Positions 38,644-47,141 of a stretch of 64,000 nt of DNA are shown here, in pieces. The stretch spans positions 171 to 64,170 of the forward strand of contig JAZNYH010000079.1 in assembly GCA_045594305.1 (NCBI GenBank), given 5' to 3'. The notes under the pieces are model-generated. The model had not been told where the DNA came from and did not search any database. It saw nothing but the letters and a program-made list of their open reading frames with translations. How positions within the stretch are numbered: position 1 is the first letter of the stretch; each line of letters opens with the position of its first letter. The position numbers were made by a program, and so were the translations under genes. This stretch comes from Eubacteriales bacterium. GTDB lineage: Bacteria > Bacillota > Clostridia > Oscillospirales > CAG-272.

Positions 38644-39968
38644 AAAAGCGATATTTTATAATAGCTGCAATATTTTTGTTCAATCCAATTGTTAGTATTT
38701 TCGATATTTTGCCAGATTTTATAGGATATTTTCTGCTTATGAAGGCGTTTACCGATGCCTCGTATGTGTTTGACAACGCATCAGAAACACACGATGCTAT
38801 GAAAAGAATGGGACTTATATCCATTTTTAAAATGGTTTGTCTTGTGATTTTGCCAAGCACAGATGCTACAATGGCGCTGGTTTTCTCCTTTACATTCTCG
38901 ATTTTAGAGCTTATGTACGGAATAGGAGCATTCCAAAGGCTATTTGATACAACCTCGTTCATTTGTTTAAGATGTGATGAGGATAGGTTTGTTTCTAAGA
39001 GTGAAAAGCTGAAAAAATTCACGATAGGATTCTTTATAGTGAGGATTTTGTGTGCAACAATTCCTGATCTTTTCACGCTGTTTTTAAGCGATCCAAGCAA
39101 TGCTTGGAAGGTAAGATTTAGAACACTTGCGTTCATATTTACCGTTATTATTGCGTTGATTGTCGGTCTTGTTTGGCTTGTAAGAACCACCTCGTTTTTC
39201 AAAAAAACTCTTACTAAAAATGTTAACGATAAGATAATTCAAGCCTTTAACGAGGAAATGAAGGATCGTCAAAGCGTATTTTTCTCTAAGGATTTTATCT
39301 TTGCTATTGGAATAATTATCGCATCAATGATTTTTGCAATTGATGTTTATATTGATAAGATAGAGTTTTTGAGCGATATACTTATAGCACCGATATTTAT
39401 TGTTGCGTTTGCTTTTCTTATCAAGAAAAGATATATATCAGTAGGCAAGCATGAGGGATTTTTGATTTCCTTGCTTTCAATACATTTTGTTGTGTCAATT
39501 TTGAATACTGTATTTTATACCATTTTCATAAAAGAGCATCTAACCACAGATGCGTTAAGAAAATCCTATGGTATTTTTATGACGGAGGCTCAAAGAGCGT
39601 ATTTGCCAGTAAGAATTTTGACTGGTATTGAGTCCTTGGTACTCTTGGGAATAATTACTCTCACATTGTATCTTTTTAAGAAATATTCAATTGAGAGAAT
39701 GATTGAAAATCCAAGGTTCTTTTCTGAAATGAGCATAGATGGATATTTGAAGGAATATTCTGCAATAGCTCACAAAAAGTGCGTTATTGCTTGGTTGGGA
39801 GCAGTAGCGTATGCAATTTCCTCTTTTGTGTATGTTTGCATAGTTCCGTACAAGGTATCATATGTTGTGTTCAATATGTGTATAGGAATATTTTTCTTGC
39901 TGACATACTATCATGCATTGTCATATATAAGAGATGAAATTTTCAAAAAAATACTTAAATATTCGTAA
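38640..39968 (+). CDS. Hypothetical polytopic membrane protein (about 10-12 TM)
   Basis: ATGA overlap with upstream gene, GGGAGAG SD; no family recognised. Confidence 0.7.
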   Translation: MKKRYFIIAAIFLFNPIVSIFDILPDFIGYFLLMKAFTDASYVFDNASETHDAMKRMGLISIFKMVCLVILPSTDATMALVFSFTFSILELMYGIGAFQRLFDTTSFICLRCDEDRFVSKSEKLKKFTIGFFIVRILCATIPDLFTLFLSDPSNAWKVRFRTLAFIFTVIIALIVGLVWLVRTTSFFKKTLTKNVNDKIIQAFNEEMKDRQSVFFSKDFIFAIGIIIASMIFAIDVYIDKIEFLSDILIAPIFIVAFAFLIKKRYISVGKHEGFLISLLSIHFVVSILNTVFYTIFIKEHLTTDALRKSYGIFMTEAQRAYLPVRILTGIESLVLLGIITLTLYLFKKYSIERMIENPRFFSEMSIDGYLKEYSAIAHKKCVIAWLGAVAYAISSFVYVCIVPYKVSYVVFNMCIGIFFLLTYYHALSYIRDEIFKKILKYS

Positions 39969-39970
39969 AA

Positions 39971-40002
39971 AATGCCTATCTTTTGATAGGCATTAATTTT
40001 TT
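39971..40002 (+). terminator. Terminator closing the secA-P1-P2 unit
   Basis: AATGCCTATC-tttt-GATAGGCATT plus a T-run. Confidence 0.8.
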
Positions 40003-40093
40003 GAAAAATTAATTTGATTTTCTATTGAATATTTAGAGAAGTAGTGCTAAAATGTAGTCGAGGATATAAAATTTCGTTAACTTTGGAGAAATT

Positions 40094-41482
40094 ATGTCTA
40101 AGAAGATAGATATGCTTAATGGTGGAGTTGTAAAGAAAATACTTGTGTTTACAATTCCAATAATGCTTCAAGGCATTTTGCAAAATATATATAACTCTGC
40201 CGACCTTGTAATTGTAGGTAGGTTTTCTGGCGATACAGCTCTTGCATCAGTAGGTGCAACAACTGCGATTTACAATGTGTTAATCGCTCTTTTTCTTGGC
40301 TTTTCGGCTGGGGTTGATGTCGTTTCCTCGTTCCATCACGGAATGAGAGATTATAAGGGCGTTAAGCAGGTTATTGATACTGCTGTTATTATTGCACCTT
40401 TGCTTGGCTTGTGCGTAACATTTGTTGGCTTGTTTTTAGCAGAGCCTATGCTGGTGCTTATGAAAACGCCTGTCGAGGATGGGGTTTTAGAGGGAGCAGT
40501 TATATACCTTAGAATAATTGTATGTGGCGTTCCGTTTTCGCTACTTTATAACTTTTGTGCTGCCGTATTTAGAACCTCGGGAGAAACAAAAAGACCGTTT
40601 ATATACCTTGCAATTTCTGGAATTGTAAATGTTATTTTGAATATTGCTCTTGTGGCAGGCTTTAATCTTGGCGTGGTTGGAGTAGCTATTGCAACGGTTA
40701 TTTCGCAAGCTTTATCCGCAACGCTTATTTTGCTGGACTTGATGTACAATAAGGGACTGTTTACCTTTTCATTTAAAAATGCAGAGTTTTCAAAGCAGAA
40801 ATTTTTGAAAATCATAAGAGTAGGCATTCCTGCTGGTATTCAAAGCTGTGCATTTAATCTTTCTAATGCATTTTTGCAATCGGGCGTTAACTCGTTTGGA
40901 AAGGACGCAATTGCAGGTAGCACGGCAGTTGCGACAGTAGAGGGACTTATGTGGGTAACTCTTACCTCGTTCCAAAATGGCACTACAACCTTTATAAGTA
41001 AGAATGTTGGAGCAGGGCGAATAGAAAGAGTAAACAAGATTTTGTTTACCACTATCTCTATGACTGCAATTTTAGGAATTTTTATAGGAATGGGCTCGTT
41101 CTTGCTTTCAGAGCCTATTATGTCCATCTTTATTACAGATAATCAGCTTGCATTGGATGCGGCACTTGAAAGGCTTAGCGTTACATTCCCAGTTTATTTT
41201 CTTGCAGGTATAATGGGAGTTATGCCTGGTGGTGTAAGAGGACTTGGATATAGCTTGTCGCCATCGCTAATTTCTATTATTGGTGCTTGTGGAGTTAGAA
41301 TTGTTTGGATATATACCGTATTTCAAGCAAATAGATCTCTTTGGGTGCTATATCTTGTTCATCCTATAACTTGGGTTATTACCAATATTGCTTTGGTTAT
41401 AAACTATATAATTTGCTATAGAATAGTGAAAAACAGAATAAATGGTCAAAAAAAGACGCTTGCTACGAGTGTTTCTACATAA
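40094..41482 (+). CDS. MATE family efflux transporter
   Basis: KKILVFTIPIMLQGILQNIYNSADLVIVGRF start and 12-TM layout. Confidence 0.85.
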   Translation: MSKKIDMLNGGVVKKILVFTIPIMLQGILQNIYNSADLVIVGRFSGDTALASVGATTAIYNVLIALFLGFSAGVDVVSSFHHGMRDYKGVKQVIDTAVIIAPLLGLCVTFVGLFLAEPMLVLMKTPVEDGVLEGAVIYLRIIVCGVPFSLLYNFCAAVFRTSGETKRPFIYLAISGIVNVILNIALVAGFNLGVVGVAIATVISQALSATLILLDLMYNKGLFTFSFKNAEFSKQKFLKIIRVGIPAGIQSCAFNLSNAFLQSGVNSFGKDAIAGSTAVATVEGLMWVTLTSFQNGTTTFISKNVGAGRIERVNKILFTTISMTAILGIFIGMGSFLLSEPIMSIFITDNQLALDAALERLSVTFPVYFLAGIMGVMPGGVRGLGYSLSPSLISIIGACGVRIVWIYTVFQANRSLWVLYLVHPITWVITNIALVINYIICYRIVKNRINGQKKTLATSVST

Positions 41483-41516
41483 AAAATATTATTTTAAAAC
41501 ATTTTCGAAAAAGGTC

Positions 41517-41545
41517 TTGACAAAACAACAATAAATGTGTAAAAT
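41517..41545 (+). promoter_or_regulatory. Sigma-A promoter of the tRNA gene
   Basis: TTGACA-17nt-TAAAAT; the leader contains a 7-bp hairpin GCGTGACcgctGTCACGC (41551-41568). Confidence 0.6.
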
Positions 41546-41571
41546 ATAATGCGTGACCGCTGTCACGCTAA

Positions 41572-41648
41572 GGACCAATAGCTCAGTTGGTTAGAGCAAC
41601 CGGCTCATAACCGGTTGGTCCGGGGTTCGAGTCCCTGTTGGTCCACCA
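41572..41648 (+). tRNA. tRNA with anticodon CAT, most likely tRNA-Ile2 (lysidine-modified), CCA encoded
   Basis: Cloverleaf folds by hand: acceptor GGACCAA/TTGGTCC, D-arm GCTC/GAGC, anticodon arm ACCGG-CTCATAA-CCGGT, T-arm CGGGG-TTCGAGT-CCCTG. Near-identical in pattern to the recalled Bacillus tRNA-Ile(CAU). Confidence 0.85.
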
Positions 41649-41652
41649 AAAC

Positions 41653-41684
41653 AAAAGCACTCCTTTTTGGGGTGCTTTTGTTTT
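41653..41684 (+). terminator. Rho-independent terminator after the tRNA
   Basis: AAAAGCACTCC-ttttt-GGGGTGCTTTT followed by a T-run. Confidence 0.8.
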
Positions 41685-41809
41685 GTCGATTGAATTGGGT
41701 ACTCTTACTCCGCTTCGTGCTTGCACGAATGGGGTGCGCATTTTCGGCTAAGACCGTTGTCTGCTTGCAAGCATAAGGTCAGACGAAAATAGCTCGCTTG
41801 CGAGCCGAA

Positions 41810-41827
41810 CCTGTTGGTCCACCAAAA
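41810..41827 (+). repeat. Second copy of tRNA 3' end (CCTGTTGGTCCACCAAAA)
   Basis: 18/18 identity to 41634-41651. Confidence 0.9.
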
Positions 41828-41858
41828 ATTCTCGGGAGCAAAGTTCCCGAGAATTTTT
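41824..41858 (+). terminator. Terminator-like 14-bp hairpin after repeat copy 2
   Basis: AAAAATTCTCGGGA-gcaaagt-TCCCGAGAATTTTT. Confidence 0.65.
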
Positions 41859-41890
41859 ACTTATTACCTCTTCACTCTTCACTTTTCACT
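41858..41890 (+). repeat. Pyrimidine-rich 7-nt periodic array (TACTTAT TACCTCT TCACTCT TCACTTT TCACT)
   Basis: Read directly; TCACT recurs at 7-nt spacing. Confidence 0.7.
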
Positions 41891-41912
41891 AAAAACGCTC
41901 CCGAGAATTTTG

Positions 41913-41954
41913 AAGTAATAGGTAATAGTGAAGAGTTAAAAAGTGAAAATTACA
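41913..41954 (+). repeat. Purine-rich 7-nt periodic array (AAGTAAT AGGTAAT AGTGAAG AGTTAAA AAGTGAA AATTACA)
   Basis: Block-wise reverse complements of the 41858-41890 units, in the same order. Confidence 0.65.
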
Positions 41955-41974
41955 TTGGTTAGGATAGTTCTCAA

Positions 41975-41988
41975 GTTGGTCCACCAAA
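41975..41988 (+). repeat. Third copy of tRNA 3' end (GTTGGTCCACCAAA)
   Basis: 14/14 identity to 41637-41650; preceded by TTGGTTAG resembling the D-loop. Confidence 0.85.
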
Positions 41989-41993
41989 TAAAG

Positions 41994-42020
41994 AAGGTAG
42001 GTGTTATGCCTGCCTTTTTT
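41994..42020 (+). terminator. Terminator after repeat copy 3
   Basis: AAGGTAGG-tgttatg-CCTGCCTT plus a T-run. Confidence 0.65.
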
Positions 42021-42060
42021 ATTTGCTCGAATTTCATTATACAGGGACTCGATTATAGAC

Positions 42061-42089
42061 TTGAATTGTTTTGTATATTGTGATATAAT
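42061..42089 (+). promoter_or_regulatory. Sigma-A promoter of thiamine pyrophosphokinase gene
   Basis: TTGAAT-17nt-TATAAT with TGa extended -10. Confidence 0.55.
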
Positions 42090-42124
42090 AAGAAAAATAT
42101 TACAAGCGAGCAGAGTGGATAAAA

Positions 42125-42760
42125 ATGAAAACATGTTATATTGCTTGCGCACTTGATTTTACACCTAATATTAGCCTTTGTGAGGGCGATTTTTTGATAG
42201 GTGCTGACAGGGGCGCTCAAATACTCGAAAATAATGGAATAACGCCTAATTTAGCTATTGGTGACTTTGATTCCTGCGATAAAGAAATAAAATGTAAAAA
42301 TATAATTCGCTTTCCAGTTAAAAAGGATTATACAGATAGTGAGCTTGCTATTATGCATGCAATAAAGCTTGGATATAAAAAAATTCAAGTTTTTGGGGCT
42401 ATTGGTGGAGCACTTGATCATACTCTTGCAAATGTTGCAATCCTTGCGAAATACGCAGAGCAGGGCATTGATTTATCATTTATAGACGGTGAAAATGTGT
42501 TATTCGCTATATCAAACGGCTCGGTAGCCTTTTCGAGCGAGGCAGAGGGAAGAATATCCCTGTTTTCCTTTGGAAACGAGGCTATGGGAGTTTTTGAAAA
42601 AGGGCTTTTATATGAGCTTGATAATGCAACCTTAGAAAATACAACCCCACTTGGCGTTAGCAATGAATTTGTAGGTAAGGCTTCGCAAATAATAGTAGGG
42701 CAAGGAACGCTGATTATTTATACATCGAGAAAAAATTACGAAAACTACTTGACAAGATAG
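42125..42760 (+). CDS. thiN: Thiamine pyrophosphokinase
   Basis: GDFDS, KDYTDSELAI and GGALDHTLANV motifs. Confidence 0.85.
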   Translation: MKTCYIACALDFTPNISLCEGDFLIGADRGAQILENNGITPNLAIGDFDSCDKEIKCKNIIRFPVKKDYTDSELAIMHAIKLGYKKIQVFGAIGGALDHTLANVAILAKYAEQGIDLSFIDGENVLFAISNGSVAFSSEAEGRISLFSFGNEAMGVFEKGLLYELDNATLENTTPLGVSNEFVGKASQIIVGQGTLIIYTSRKNYENYLTR

Positions 42761-42793
42761 CTTGTCTATGCTAAAATTCATACATCGCACAAT

Positions 42794-42885
42794 TAAATAT
42801 TCAGGGGTGCTGTTATGGCTGAGATGGAAAATTCCAAACCCTTTAACCTGATACGGATAATGCCGGCGTAGGAAGATAATATTAA
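42794..42885 (+). promoter_or_regulatory. TPP (THI-box) riboswitch aptamer
   Basis: CAGGGGTGC..GCTGAGA..AACCCTTTAACCTGATACGGATAATGCCGGCGTAGGAA matches the THI-element core. Confidence 0.9.
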
Positions 42886-42898
42886 TCTTGAAATATTG

Positions 42899-42939
42899 TT
42901 ACCGCATGGATATTTTCCTGTGCGGTAATTTTATATTTT
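42899..42939 (+). terminator. Riboswitch expression-platform terminator
   Basis: TTACCGCA...TGCGGTAA followed by TTTTATATTTT, just upstream of the thiT SD AAGGAGG. Confidence 0.75.
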
Positions 42940-42952
42940 AAGGAGGTTTCCT

Positions 42953-43549
42953 ATGGAAACAAAATTTCTTCAAAGCAAGCAAATACTTGCTTTAACACAA
43001 AGTGCAATTTTTATAGCACTTGCAACAGTTTTGAGCTTCTTACCCGTTTATGAAATGCCAATGGGTGGCTCGGTGACCTTGGCGAGCATGCTCCCGATAC
43101 TCTTTATAGGCGTTAAATTCGGCTATAAATGGGGAATGAGTAGTGCAGGCATATACGCTTGTATTCAGCTATTTCAAGCTCTCATAAAGGGAAATGTATT
43201 CATTTATTGTAATGGCTTTGGAGTTGTTCTTCTTTGTGTGTTGTTTGATTACATAGTACCATTTGGAATACTTGGTCTTTCTGCGTTCGCTAAGCCAAAG
43301 GCAGGCGAAAAGCTAAGCATTATTAAGACATCGATTGTTTTTGCTATTTTGGTGGCAATTAGATTTGTATGTCACTTTATCACAGGTGTTGCAATTTGGG
43401 GACAATGGGCACCTGAGGGAATGGGTAAATTTGTTTATTCATTGATTTATAATGGTCAATATATGCTTCCAGAGCTTATTATAACTGTTGTGATTGCCGT
43501 ATTCCTTATGTCATCAAGCCAAATAGAAAAGCTACTTACAAAAAATTAA
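42953..43549 (+). CDS. thiT: ECF-transporter S component for thiamine (ThiT/YuaJ)
   Basis: IRFVCHFITGVAIWGQWAPEGMGKFVYSLIYNG parallels Lactococcus ThiT; under TPP riboswitch control. Confidence 0.85.
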   Translation: METKFLQSKQILALTQSAIFIALATVLSFLPVYEMPMGGSVTLASMLPILFIGVKFGYKWGMSSAGIYACIQLFQALIKGNVFIYCNGFGVVLLCVLFDYIVPFGILGLSAFAKPKAGEKLSIIKTSIVFAILVAIRFVCHFITGVAIWGQWAPEGMGKFVYSLIYNGQYMLPELIITVVIAVFLMSSSQIEKLLTKN

Positions 43550-43554
43550 TCATT

Positions 43555-43583
43555 AATGCTTGGCATTTTTGCCAAGCATTTTT
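43555..43583 (+). terminator. thiT terminator
   Basis: AATGCTTGGC-attttt-GCCAAGCATTTTT. Confidence 0.8.
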
Positions 43584-43662
43584 GCGTATTTTACGAATAT
43601 TGTTGAAAAATGTAGATGTATATGATAAAATGACCTTATAATTCATAACAAGGAGAGAATAT

Positions 43663-44409
43663 ATGCATAGCTTATTTGGCACAAAGCACATTATTTTAAT
43701 TGTTGTCTCGATTGCACTTATAGTTGGTCTTTTTATTCTTTCAAAAAGATTTAAATTTAAGACAATTTGTAAGACGCTATTTTATGTAGGAATTGTTTCC
43801 GAAATCGTAAAGATATTCTATTATATCTTGGCAAATGAGGAGAAGTACGGTGGAGTATTGCCAAAGACTGACCTTCCTTTCCATCTTTGCTCAATTCAAA
43901 TCATCTTTATTGCGATAATTAATGTAAGCCAAAATGAAAAATTAAAGAGATTTATTTTGAGCTTTATGCTTCCAAGCTGTCTTTTTGGTGGACTCGCAGC
44001 GATATTGATAGCTACCACCTCATCACTTAACGCATGGGTAATAACAGTTCAATATTTCTTGTATCACATAGCAATTGTTGTTTTTGCCTTGAATCTACTT
44101 ACATCAAAGGAAATAAGCTTGACAATAAAGGACTACTTTAATTGCCTTAAATTCTTGCTTATTGTAATGTTCTTCGCAATTTATATTAACAGTATTCTTT
44201 ATGATGGCAACTCAAAAATTAACTTTATGTATGTTGTATCTCCACCACAGGAGGGCTTGCCATATCTCAACGAGGAGAAGGGCTGGCTTGTTTACATAAT
44301 AAGATATGCAATTCTTGTTATTGTGGCAGTAACTCTTTGCTATATAAAGCCAATTATATCTGCCATTAAGGAAAAAGTGTCGTGCAAGGGCGAAAAAGAG
44401 GAAAAATAA
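43663..44409 (+). CDS. YwaF/TIGR02206-like integral membrane protein
   Basis: LPFHLCSIQI motif and 7-TM layout. Confidence 0.55.
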   Translation: MHSLFGTKHIILIVVSIALIVGLFILSKRFKFKTICKTLFYVGIVSEIVKIFYYILANEEKYGGVLPKTDLPFHLCSIQIIFIAIINVSQNEKLKRFILSFMLPSCLFGGLAAILIATTSSLNAWVITVQYFLYHIAIVVFALNLLTSKEISLTIKDYFNCLKFLLIVMFFAIYINSILYDGNSKINFMYVVSPPQEGLPYLNEEKGWLVYIIRYAILVIVAVTLCYIKPIISAIKEKVSCKGEKEEK

Positions 44410-44413
44410 TTCA

Positions 44414-44440
44414 ATAGCAGGCGAAAACGCCTGCTATTTC
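44414..44440 (+). terminator. Terminator
   Basis: ATAGCAGGCG-aaaa-CGCCTGCTAT. Confidence 0.7.
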
Positions 44441-44504
44441 TATTGACATTAATTAATAAAAATAGTAAAATATGTATATAAAGCTTAGCAAAGGGGAATT
44501 GAAT

Positions 44505-45239
44505 ATGCAATTTACCGCAGAATATAAATATGATAACTTAACTCATATGGAATTTGAGTTTAAGGGCAAAAAGGCAATAGTTTTGATGCCCGATAAAAAG
44601 AACGGAAAAACAATTATTAAAACGGAGTATTTTGGAGCCTTTCCAGAGCTTCAAAACGAAATGATAAAAAGAGGCTACACCTTAATTTTTCTTTTGAATA
44701 ATAATCGTTGGGGAACGCCATCAGAGGTAGATGATCAATACGAATTTATAAATTTTGCCTCAAAGGAATTTGACATTTCAAATAAGGTTATCACAATAGG
44801 AATGAGCTGTGGCGGAATGATGTCTATTTTGTTAGCGTCCAAATACCCCGAGTGTATTGAGGCACTTTATCTTGATGCACCAGTAGTAAATTATCTTAGC
44901 TGTCCGGCAAGAATGGGAGTGGCAGAAGATGTAACAGATGGTATGTGGAGCGAGTTCGAGAGTGCGTGGGGAATGACTAAGAGTGAGTTATTGACATTTA
45001 GAGAGCATCCATTGGATAAGCTTGATACGCTTGTTAAAAACAAAATAAGAGTTTATATGGCATACGGCGATAGCGATAAAACAGTTCCTTACGAGGAAAA
45101 CGGAATTGCAATCGAAAGAGCATACAAGCAAAACGGACTTGATAGCATTCTATACCTTGATAAAAAGGTTGGTGTTGACCACCATCCACACGGGCCAAGC
45201 GACATAGATACGGCTATAAAGTTCCTTGAATGCAAATAA
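44505..45239 (+). CDS. Alpha/beta hydrolase
   Basis: Nucleophile elbow GMSCGG, later GDSDKTVP and HH; AAGGGGA SD before ATG 44505. Confidence 0.65.
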   Translation: MQFTAEYKYDNLTHMEFEFKGKKAIVLMPDKKNGKTIIKTEYFGAFPELQNEMIKRGYTLIFLLNNNRWGTPSEVDDQYEFINFASKEFDISNKVITIGMSCGGMMSILLASKYPECIEALYLDAPVVNYLSCPARMGVAEDVTDGMWSEFESAWGMTKSELLTFREHPLDKLDTLVKNKIRVYMAYGDSDKTVPYEENGIAIERAYKQNGLDSILYLDKKVGVDHHPHGPSDIDTAIKFLECK

Positions 45240-45330
45240 ATGTGGAAAAACTGTTAAAATCATCTTGATTTTATTGGCGTAAAATATTATAATAAAAATA
45301 TAACAAATATTTTAAAGGGGATTTTTAAAA

Positions 45331-47124
45331 ATGGCAGAAAAAAGAATTATCGGTGATTATCCTGTAATTGGTATTAGACCGACAATCGACGGTCGTCGTG
45401 GAGTTCTCGGTGTAAGAGAGTCTCTTGAGGACCAAACAATGAATATGGCAAAGAGTGCTGCGAAATTGTTTGAGGAAAACCTCAAATATTCAAACGGCGA
45501 GCCTGTAAAGGTAGTTATTGCTGACACCACTATCGGTAGAGTAGCTGAGGCTGCTGCTTGTGCTGCAAAGTTCAAAAAGGAAGGCGTAGATATTACCCTT
45601 ACTGTAACTCCTTGCTGGTGCTATGGTGCTGAAACAATGGATATGGATCCAAATACTATTAAGGGTGTTTGGGGCTTTAATGGAACTGAAAGACCTGGTG
45701 CAGTATATCTTGCATCTGTTCTTGCAACACACGCTCAAAAGGGACTTCCTGCATTCGGCATCTATGGACATGATGTTCAAGAGGCTGACGACACATCAAT
45801 CCCTGAGGATGTAAAGGAAAAGCTCCTTCGCTTTGGTCGTGCAGCTGTTGCCGCTGCATCTATGAGAGGTAAGTCTTATCTCCAAATCGGCTCTATTTGT
45901 ATGGGCATTGGTGGATCTATCATCGATCCTGCATTTATCGAGGAATATCTCGGTATGAGAGTTGAGTCTGTTGATGAGGTTGAAATCATTAGACGAATGA
46001 CAGAGGGCATTTACGACAAGGCAGAGTACGAAAAGGCACTCGCTTGGACAAAGGAGCATTGCATTGAGGGCTTTGATAAGAACCCTGAAAATCTCCAAAA
46101 GACCCGTGCTGAAAAGGATAGCGACTGGGAGTTTGTTGTAAAGATGATGTGCATCATCAAGGACCTTATGAATGGTAACAAGAACCTTCCTAAGGGCTGT
46201 GAGGAGGAGATGGTTGGTCACAACGCAATTGCGGCTGGATTCCAAGGTCAAAGACAATGGACCGACTTCTATCCAAACTGTGATTTCCCTGAGGCTATGC
46301 TTAATACCTCATTTGACTGGAACGGAGCAAGAGAGGCATACATACTTGCAACTGAAAATGATGTTTTGAATGGTATAGGTATGCTCTTTATGAAGCTTCT
46401 TACAAATCGTGCACAAATGTTCGCTGATGTAAGAACATATTGGAGCCCAGAGGCTGTAAAGAAGGCTACTGGCTATGATATTGAGGGCGTTGCTAAGGAG
46501 GCAGGTGGATTTATTCACCTTATCAACTCTGGTGCTTGCTGTCTTGACGCTAATGGTGCTGCTAAGGACGAGAAGGGCAATGCTGTTATGAAGCCTTGGT
46601 ATGAGGTTACTAAGGAGGATCAAGATAACATTATGAAGAATACCACTTGGAACTACGCTGATATTGGATACTTCCGTGGTGGTGGATATTCATCAAGATT
46701 TGAAACAACTGCTCAAATGCCTGCAACAATGATTAGACTTAACCTTGTTAAGGGACTTGGACCTGTTCTTCAAATCGCAGAGGGCTGGACAGTTGGACTT
46801 CCTGCTGATGTTTCTGACAAGCTTTGGAAGAGAACTGACTACACATGGCCTTGCACTTGGTTTGCTCCTCGTATTACTGGTGAGGGTGCATTCAAGAGTG
46901 CTTATGATGTTATGAACAACTGGGGTGCTAACCACGGTGCTATAAGCTACGGTCACATTGGAGCAGATCTTATTACCTTGTGCTCAATGCTTAGAATCCC
47001 TGTATGTATGCACAATGTACCAGAGGATAAGATTTTCCGTCCTGCCGCTTGGAATGCATTTGGTATGGATAAGGAAGGTCAGGATTATCGTGCTTGCGCA
47101 GCATATGGTCCTATGTATAAATAA
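45331..47124 (+). CDS. fucI: L-fucose isomerase
   Basis: Collinear with recalled E. coli FucI: [53 protein letters not shown]. Confidence 0.93.
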   Translation: MAEKRIIGDYPVIGIRPTIDGRRGVLGVRESLEDQTMNMAKSAAKLFEENLKYSNGEPVKVVIADTTIGRVAEAAACAAKFKKEGVDITLTVTPCWCYGAETMDMDPNTIKGVWGFNGTERPGAVYLASVLATHAQKGLPAFGIYGHDVQEADDTSIPEDVKEKLLRFGRAAVAAASMRGKSYLQIGSICMGIGGSIIDPAFIEEYLGMRVESVDEVEIIRRMTEGIYDKAEYEKALAWTKEHCIEGFDKNPENLQKTRAEKDSDWEFVVKMMCIIKDLMNGNKNLPKGCEEEMVGHNAIAAGFQGQRQWTDFYPNCDFPEAMLNTSFDWNGAREAYILATENDVLNGIGMLFMKLLTNRAQMFADVRTYWSPEAVKKATGYDIEGVAKEAGGFIHLINSGACCLDANGAAKDEKGNAVMKPWYEVTKEDQDNIMKNTTWNYADIGYFRGGGYSSRFETTAQMPATMIRLNLVKGLGPVLQIAEGWTVGLPADVSDKLWKRTDYTWPCTWFAPRITGEGAFKSAYDVMNNWGANHGAISYGHIGADLITLCSMLRIPVCMHNVPEDKIFRPAAWNAFGMDKEGQDYRACAAYGPMYK

Positions 47125-47141
47125 TTTTTAGGGAGATAACG

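Noticed and set aside
41729-41776. 15-codon mini-ORF (MGCAFSAKTVVCLQA) inside the GC-rich element.
   Set aside because: No ribosome-binding site precedes it, and the start codon sits at the base of the CUUG hairpin. Nothing supports translation.
41810-41990. Possible CRISPR-like or tandem-repeat array.
   Set aside because: Only three short copies (14-18 nt) are present, and they derive from the tRNA end. Spacing is irregular (176 and 164 nt) and no cas genes are present. It is not a CRISPR array.
42111-42121. DnaA-box-like AGTGGATAA near dnaX/recR-type genes, as a possible origin signal.
   Set aside because: It is a single imperfect box with no cluster, and no dnaA or dnaN gene or AT-rich unwinding element is nearby.
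41889-42152. 87-aa minus-strand ORF spanning the repeat region and the thiN start.
   Set aside because: It has no SD, it runs through the terminator and heptad repeats, and it overlaps the thiN start and its promoter. It is most likely spurious.
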